Shown here one piece after another: positions 47,839 through 52,133 of a stretch of DNA of 52,133 bases. The stretch comes from a virus. Taxonomy: Duplodnaviria; Caudoviricetes. Positions within the stretch are counted from its first letter, which is position 1; the number at the start of each line of letters is the position of its first letter. The stretch is taken from positions 1 to 52,133 of IMG/VR virus record IMGVR_UViG_3300009509_000046. One strand, given 5' to 3'. The notes under the pieces were generated by a model. The model worked only from the letters and a program-made list of their open reading frames with translations. It was not told the DNA's origin and searched no databases. The position numbers and the translations under genes are program-made.

Positions 47839-47850
47839 ATTTGGTATAGT
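47822..47850 (+). promoter_or_regulatory. Sigma70-type promoter
   Basis: TTGACA-17 bp-TATAGT with extended TG. Confidence 0.7.
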
Positions 47851-47859
47851 GAGGTTATT

Positions 47860-48078
47860 ATGAATATCACAACTGCTATCGTATTCGTGAAGGGCACCGC
47901 GATGACTCGCGTCGAAGGTGAGTATATCGTAAAGTGTGCTGTTGAGGGACAAGACGGAGGGGCCGACATCGACTACAATCGTCAGATCTTAGAGCAAGCG
48001 TTCATTGAGATCTACGGCACCCAAGACGTCGAAGTCTTATTCCCTGAGCTTGGAGAGTGCTTAGATGATACCGATTAA
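47860..48078 (+). CDS. Hypothetical acidic protein
   Basis: Downstream of a promoter; GAGG before ATG. Confidence 0.55.
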   Translation: MNITTAIVFVKGTAMTRVEGEYIVKCAVEGQDGGADIDYNRQILEQAFIEIYGTQDVEVLFPELGECLDDTD

Positions 48079-48535
48079 GGTGATTTTCAAATCAGGTAAG
48101 TCGATCACAGCATGGTCAACTAACCCAGATGAATTCGCTCAGTCGATTGCAAACATATCCCCACCTGAGATCGCTGGCCTGGACTACTCTTGGACAGACA
48201 ATGGACAGATGCCGCCTGAGTTGCAGGAAGTGACAATCAATCTCAAGAGTGGGTCGGTTCTCATGTGCGAAGTGACCAAGAGTGAGCTGACATCCTTGGC
48301 GAAGATCGAAGACATCCTCGGCTATGAGAATAGCAACCTAATCGCATACGCTCGACTTCGCAAAGAGGAAGACGTCCTGGACGCACGATTCGCAGCGACC
48401 GCCGCCGTCATAAACAACGTCCCGGATCTTGATATTCGGCTGTATTGCCATAAAAGATATTTGAAATGTAAGGCTGCGTACATCGCAGCTCTCGAATCAA
48501 TTGTAGATGGTATTTTTAGGAGACCGGACGAATGA
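48065..48535 (+). CDS. Hypothetical protein
   Basis: GGAG RBS; internal repeat KVIFKSG / VTINLKSG. Confidence 0.6.
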   Translation: MIPIKVIFKSGKSITAWSTNPDEFAQSIANISPPEIAGLDYSWTDNGQMPPELQEVTINLKSGSVLMCEVTKSELTSLAKIEDILGYENSNLIAYARLRKEEDVLDARFAATAAVINNVPDLDIRLYCHKRYLKCKAAYIAALESIVDGIFRRPDE

Positions 48536-49176
48536 AAAAGGTAGTAGCGTATATTTTACTGGCGATTGTTCTAATCGGCAGTGGCTGCATCGGCACTGTC
48601 TCGGAGCACTTTACGCCTGGGACGATCAACGAGAAGATCGTGAAATACAATGAGGAAGCTGGAACAGGAAAGAAGGAAGATTATAAAGGTTTCCTTTTCC
48701 CAAGTCTCGCGGAGCTGCGAAAATTGAATCAAGACTTTGAAGCCGCCGTCGCTCTGACTAATCAGGAATTGAGACAATTGGCTGAACAGAAAAAGCTCGA
48801 AGAAGATATCCTGAGAGGCATACTTGCGAAAGATACAAAGTTGGCAGAAGACCGCGAGGAGTTTCTATGGAATCCGACGACTGGAGCAATTGCTTTGGGA
48901 CTGTCACTACTCGGAGTAGGTGCTGGCGGGTATCTGGGCTTAATGAGAAAACGACCACAAGATTACACAGAAGCTGATCTGCAAAAAGCTATGACCGAAG
49001 TCAAGGGCGAGTTGACCGACAAAGATCGCAAGCTGGTCTCTATTGTGAAAAGCATCCAGAACGTGATCGACGCGGAAGGCGAACCTGCAAAACAGGCGGC
49101 AATAATTAAGATATTGAAAGACAGTCAGTCGCCCGAAGCAAGGCAGGCCGTGAAGGAAGCAAAAGCAGTTATCTGA
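48532..49176 (+). CDS. Putative lipoprotein with an internal TM helix and coiled coils
   Basis: MKK-hydrophobic-GSGC lipobox-like signal; AIALGLSLLGVGAGGYLGL. Confidence 0.65.
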   Translation: MKKVVAYILLAIVLIGSGCIGTVSEHFTPGTINEKIVKYNEEAGTGKKEDYKGFLFPSLAELRKLNQDFEAAVALTNQELRQLAEQKKLEEDILRGILAKDTKLAEDREEFLWNPTTGAIALGLSLLGVGAGGYLGLMRKRPQDYTEADLQKAMTEVKGELTDKDRKLVSIVKSIQNVIDAEGEPAKQAAIIKILKDSQSPEARQAVKEAKAVI

Positions 49177-49203
49177 CAACTTACTTTATTCAGGAGAAAT
49201 CAA

Positions 49204-49497
49204 ATGGGATATATCATAGCAGCTCTGATAATCGCAGTGCTGATCGTAGCGATCAAAAACATCCCTGGCAGCGTTCACAGCTATGAACAATATGAGCATT
49301 ATGGAGTAACCGTGTGGGTTCGCTCTGACCTGAAAGGAAAGCACCGGGATTATTGTCTGTGCTGGAAATGCGATCAGTTTCACCCAGGACAGGTGACGAA
49401 TTGCCCGATTGCTCAGATACTCTATCAAAATTGCGTTACCTTTGATATAGTGACACCCGTATGGGAGTGTCCCAAGTTCAGCCTTGTACAGAAGTGA
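49204..49497 (+). CDS. Membrane-anchored Cys-rich protein
   Basis: N-terminal TM; CLCWKC...CPIA...C...WECP. Confidence 0.6.
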   Translation: MGYIIAALIIAVLIVAIKNIPGSVHSYEQYEHYGVTVWVRSDLKGKHRDYCLCWKCDQFHPGQVTNCPIAQILYQNCVTFDIVTPVWECPKFSLVQK

Positions 49498-49516
49498 AAC
49501 TGAGGAAGGAATCACC

Positions 49517-50281
49517 ATGAAGAATTTATTGATTGTGTTGTTGCTTGGATGTATTTCGTTTATGACGTATGTCCAAGAAGATGACTGCATAACATTGAAG
49601 CAGCGAACGCTCGCACATGCCGGTGGGTTGATGTCCAATCATGCACGGTTACGGCGGATCGAAGGTGGGTTGTCGGTGGGTTACAAATTAGATGAGCTAA
49701 GATCCTGCTCCGCAATATTATCTCTAAAGAAACAAGATAAAGAGGGACTCTTTAGGATCTTCATCAGCGGCAAAGAGCAACCACAACCGCCGCGTGACTC
49801 AGGTGGGTCGGGTGTCTTTATATCGCCGACAGCTCTATTGACCGCAAAGCATGTTATCGAAGGTTTAGTTGGTGACATAACAGTGATGACCGTCGATGGT
49901 TTAACCTTCAAGTCTAAAGAAATAATTAAAGACAAAGACGATGATATTGCTTTGGTGATAATTGACAAGCCGTACGGCCCATTCATGCAAATAGACACTC
50001 GGCCAATGCAGCTTGGGGATGGGTTGGTCTGTATAGGCAATCCATTCAACTCAAAGACCGATAATCGATTACTGGTGACTTTTGCAAGAGTAGCAAACGA
50101 ACGGCACAACAATGAATTCGTATATGACGGATTTTGTTGGCATGGTTACAGCGGCGGGCCGGTAATAAGAAACAACAGACTTGTCGGCATAACGTTTGCC
50201 CGACATTATGGTGGAAATTACTTGGGATTTGCCACTCCGGTTGATAGAATAGACGACGAAATACTTAGTCGATTTCGATAA
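49517..50281 (+). CDS. Secreted/anchored trypsin-like serine protease
   Basis: GSGVFI, LTAKHV, DIAL, IGNPF, GYSGGPV triad; N-terminal signal. Confidence 0.85.
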   Translation: MKNLLIVLLLGCISFMTYVQEDDCITLKQRTLAHAGGLMSNHARLRRIEGGLSVGYKLDELRSCSAILSLKKQDKEGLFRIFISGKEQPQPPRDSGGSGVFISPTALLTAKHVIEGLVGDITVMTVDGLTFKSKEIIKDKDDDIALVIIDKPYGPFMQIDTRPMQLGDGLVCIGNPFNSKTDNRLLVTFARVANERHNNEFVYDGFCWHGYSGGPVIRNNRLVGITFARHYGGNYLGFATPVDRIDDEILSRFR

Positions 50282-50312
50282 AAACCCCTCTCTCATCCCC
50301 TCTCCTCCAGCT

Positions 50313-50346
50313 CCAGGGAGTCTTCGGACTCCCTGGCAGTTTTTTT
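50313..50346 (+). terminator. Rho-independent terminator
   Basis: CCAGGGAGTC-TTCG-GACTCCCTGG then T7. Confidence 0.85.
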
Positions 50347-50356
50347 GATTTTTCAT

Positions 50357-50385
50357 TTGCATTCCGAAAGCTTTTGTGTTATACT
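50357..50385 (+). promoter_or_regulatory. Sigma70-type promoter
   Basis: TTGCAT-17 bp-TATACT with extended TG. Confidence 0.7.
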
Positions 50386-50425
50386 TTACTTAGTGAGAGA
50401 CATTAAATAAATGAGGAGATTCAAA

Positions 50426-50788
50426 ATGGCATCATTCGTAGAAGGCAATATCAATGGCGATTATGGAGCAAAGCTTTTGGCTCTGGCCGAGAAGCTGGAA
50501 GCCCAGCAGATTGAGCAGCTCCACGCCCGCAACGTAGCTTGTGAAGCGAACATCGACAACGCCCGCACCTGGATAAGGATCGGCAACAAATACGACAAGA
50601 TCGACGTCGGTCGCAGTGGCAAGCTGATGATAGTCCGCGAGACTGGCGAGATCTTCGGCATCAAGGGCTATGGAAAGATCCACAAGGGCCATGCCTATGG
50701 CACCCTGGACACTATCGAAGATTGGTACTGGGGACACTACTACCCCGAAAAGCATGAGAAGCGAATTCAGATACGACTAAAAGGATAA
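50426..50788 (+). CDS. Conserved phage hypothetical protein
   Basis: GAGGAG RBS; KYDKID...TGEIF...K..YG motif seen in phage early proteins. Confidence 0.7.
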   Translation: MASFVEGNINGDYGAKLLALAEKLEAQQIEQLHARNVACEANIDNARTWIRIGNKYDKIDVGRSGKLMIVRETGEIFGIKGYGKIHKGHAYGTLDTIEDWYWGHYYPEKHEKRIQIRLKG

Positions 50789-50790
50789 TC

Positions 50791-51087
50791 ATGGCGTCAC
50801 AACACACAAAAGCTCTATCAGATCGTTTCTTGAACAAACGTGTAAAGCGTAGCTGGAGAAGTCTTCGCACACTTTGGGATCGTTATCATTCATGTGGAAC
50901 ACTAAGCCGGAAAAATGCATTGAAAGCAGAATTCGACAAACAATCAGCCGAACGTGGCACAGTTGTGAAGATTCTCGAAGAAAATCCACAACGCGGCGTA
51001 TGTGCTGGCCTGGAGATCAATTGGGATGCCGGATACGTTAGCAAATGCCTTCCTTATATGGTAGATATTGATATTGAGGAGATTTAA
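50791..51087 (+). CDS. Hypothetical protein
   Basis: AAGGA RBS; ERGTVV...INWD pattern. Confidence 0.55.
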   Translation: MASQHTKALSDRFLNKRVKRSWRSLRTLWDRYHSCGTLSRKNALKAEFDKQSAERGTVVKILEENPQRGVCAGLEINWDAGYVSKCLPYMVDIDIEEI

Positions 51088-51088
51088 A

Positions 51089-51292
51089 ATGTGTTGTTGT
51101 AATGATGGCCGCGAGGCCGAACGTGATGAAGCCCTGGCCGAAGCACACGGCCAATTTCACCGAGTGACAATCCGCGTCACCGTAGAGCATACTGTTTACG
51201 TCCCCGGTCCTGACCATGAAACGGCGGACCTGGAAGACTTCATCGGTGACGTGCACGAGAACGGCGAGGTTGTTGACTGGGAAGAGGTCTGA
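51089..51292 (+). CDS. Hypothetical acidic protein
   Basis: GAGGAGATTTAAAATG leader, nearly identical to that of 50426. Confidence 0.6.
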   Translation: MCCCNDGREAERDEALAEAHGQFHRVTIRVTVEHTVYVPGPDHETADLEDFIGDVHENGEVVDWEEV

Positions 51293-51714
51293 TGAGAGAA
51301 AAATTTCCGATATACCATATCGACTTCACACTATACGCCGGGGAAAATGAACTGGCAAGTTGTGAACAAGATATGATGACCGTCGAGGAGTTTATAGATC
51401 ACGACGCGGCCCTACTATCATTGTATAGAATTGTCACAAGCCTTGCAAAAGAGCTTGGCGTCACTGATACGGTGACATCGTGGGTCGGATCTATAGCCCT
51501 GGTAAGGCATGACTCGTGGTGTTATCACTGGCATAGTCATTATACCTACCAATACTTTTCATCTGAGGCCGACGCCCTGGCCGATTTTCTATGTTGGGCC
51601 AAAGAACAGCCCGGAGATTGGGCCGGACTCGATTGTCAAATGTGTTACTGTGAAACCTGCAAGTCACTGAGACGCACAATGATACTTCATTCAGGAGAAT
51701 CGACATGTGGATAA
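51292..51714 (+). CDS. Hypothetical protein
   Basis: TGATG coupling; C-terminal CxCxxC. Confidence 0.6.
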   Translation: MREKFPIYHIDFTLYAGENELASCEQDMMTVEEFIDHDAALLSLYRIVTSLAKELGVTDTVTSWVGSIALVRHDSWCYHWHSHYTYQYFSSEADALADFLCWAKEQPGDWAGLDCQMCYCETCKSLRRTMILHSGESTCG

Positions 51715-51980
51715 TTTTAGCGTTAGCCATATTCTTGCTGCTCTGCACCGACGCCTTTTGTCGTCAGGTGATATGGCAAGTTATAGCCCCAATCTCAGAC
51801 ATAGTCGTCTGCGTTGTGTTCATCATTCTACTGGCCGTGTTGCTGGTCTGCGAGATAGCGATGATGGTAATCGCTCCAGTGGCTTTGATCCTCGGCTATG
51901 ATAGTAGCAAGTGGCATATCGAGCTTGCACGAAAAATCATGTTGACAAAAGTTTTTGGGAGTGATGAGAGTGGATCTTAA
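51705..51980 (+). CDS. Hydrophobic membrane protein
   Basis: AGGAG RBS; long hydrophobic stretches. Confidence 0.55.
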   Translation: MWIILALAIFLLLCTDAFCRQVIWQVIAPISDIVVCVVFIILLAVLLVCEIAMMVIAPVALILGYDSSKWHIELARKIMLTKVFGSDESGS

Positions 51981-52133
51981 AGAGCTATTCGAGCTGCAAG
52001 GTCAACTTAACGGCAAAGTTGGATTTGACCATAAGAAGTTTGCCAACGTCTTCGCACGAAGTTGTACGAGAGAAGACGTACTCATCGAGGCCGGGCAGTG
52101 GATTGATGATTTTCTCAAAGCAATGAGCAGCGA
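51964..52133 (+). CDS. Partial ORF, probable dimeric (all-alpha) dUTPase N-terminus
   Basis: MRVDLKELFELQGQLN...WIDDFLKAMSS, then a truncated GA- codon (Glu or Asp) at the window edge; LF..Q..LN and AM..E pattern. Confidence 0.55.
   Translation, partial: MRVDLKELFELQGQLNGKVGFDHKKFANVFARSCTREDVLIEAGQWIDDFLKAMSS

Noticed and set aside
2165-51748. Long minus-strand ORFs (e.g. 3808-4353, 12629-13243, 38381-38950, 39714-40418)
   Set aside because: Antisense shadows of well-supported plus-strand genes, with no recognisable motifs.
1-52133. tRNA, rRNA, integrase, transposase, introns/inteins
   Set aside because: None recognised by eye, and TerL, PolA and helicases have ordinary lengths. A tRNAscan/Infernal run was not possible.

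Overview
About 52 kb of a tailed dsDNA (siphovirus-type) phage genome. Essentially all credible genes are on the + strand, and both window edges fall inside genes. Gene order: small accessory genes, terminase, portal, scaffold, major capsid, neck, tail tube, chaperone with -1 frameshift, tape measure, tail tip, nucleotide-metabolism genes, then the replication block (SNF2 helicase, SSB-like, RecD-like helicase, PolA, resolvase, primase-helicase) and more accessory genes. The capsid sequence and layout recall YuA/M6-like phages (from memory, not searched), but no thymidine-hypermodification genes, integrase or endolysin are visible. The most striking signal is a 9-bp motif, GTCCGATAA/TTATCGGAC. 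I count about 22 exact copies plus about 8 one-mismatch copies in the first 1.65 kb, in both orientations, including copies written into coding sequence. The motif recurs in the major capsid promoter, and variants sit in two other structural-gene promoters. Other notable features: a neck protein fused to a ~21 x 20-aa repeat stalk with a small partner subunit, a beta-helix C-terminal cap apparently split across two genes, a nested domain insertion, and an unusual nucleoside/nucleotide toolkit (cytidine deaminase, tandem dNTP diphosphohydrolase, 5'-nucleotidase, PQ-loop transporter, partial dUTPase). All family calls come from motif recognition by eye; no searches were run.
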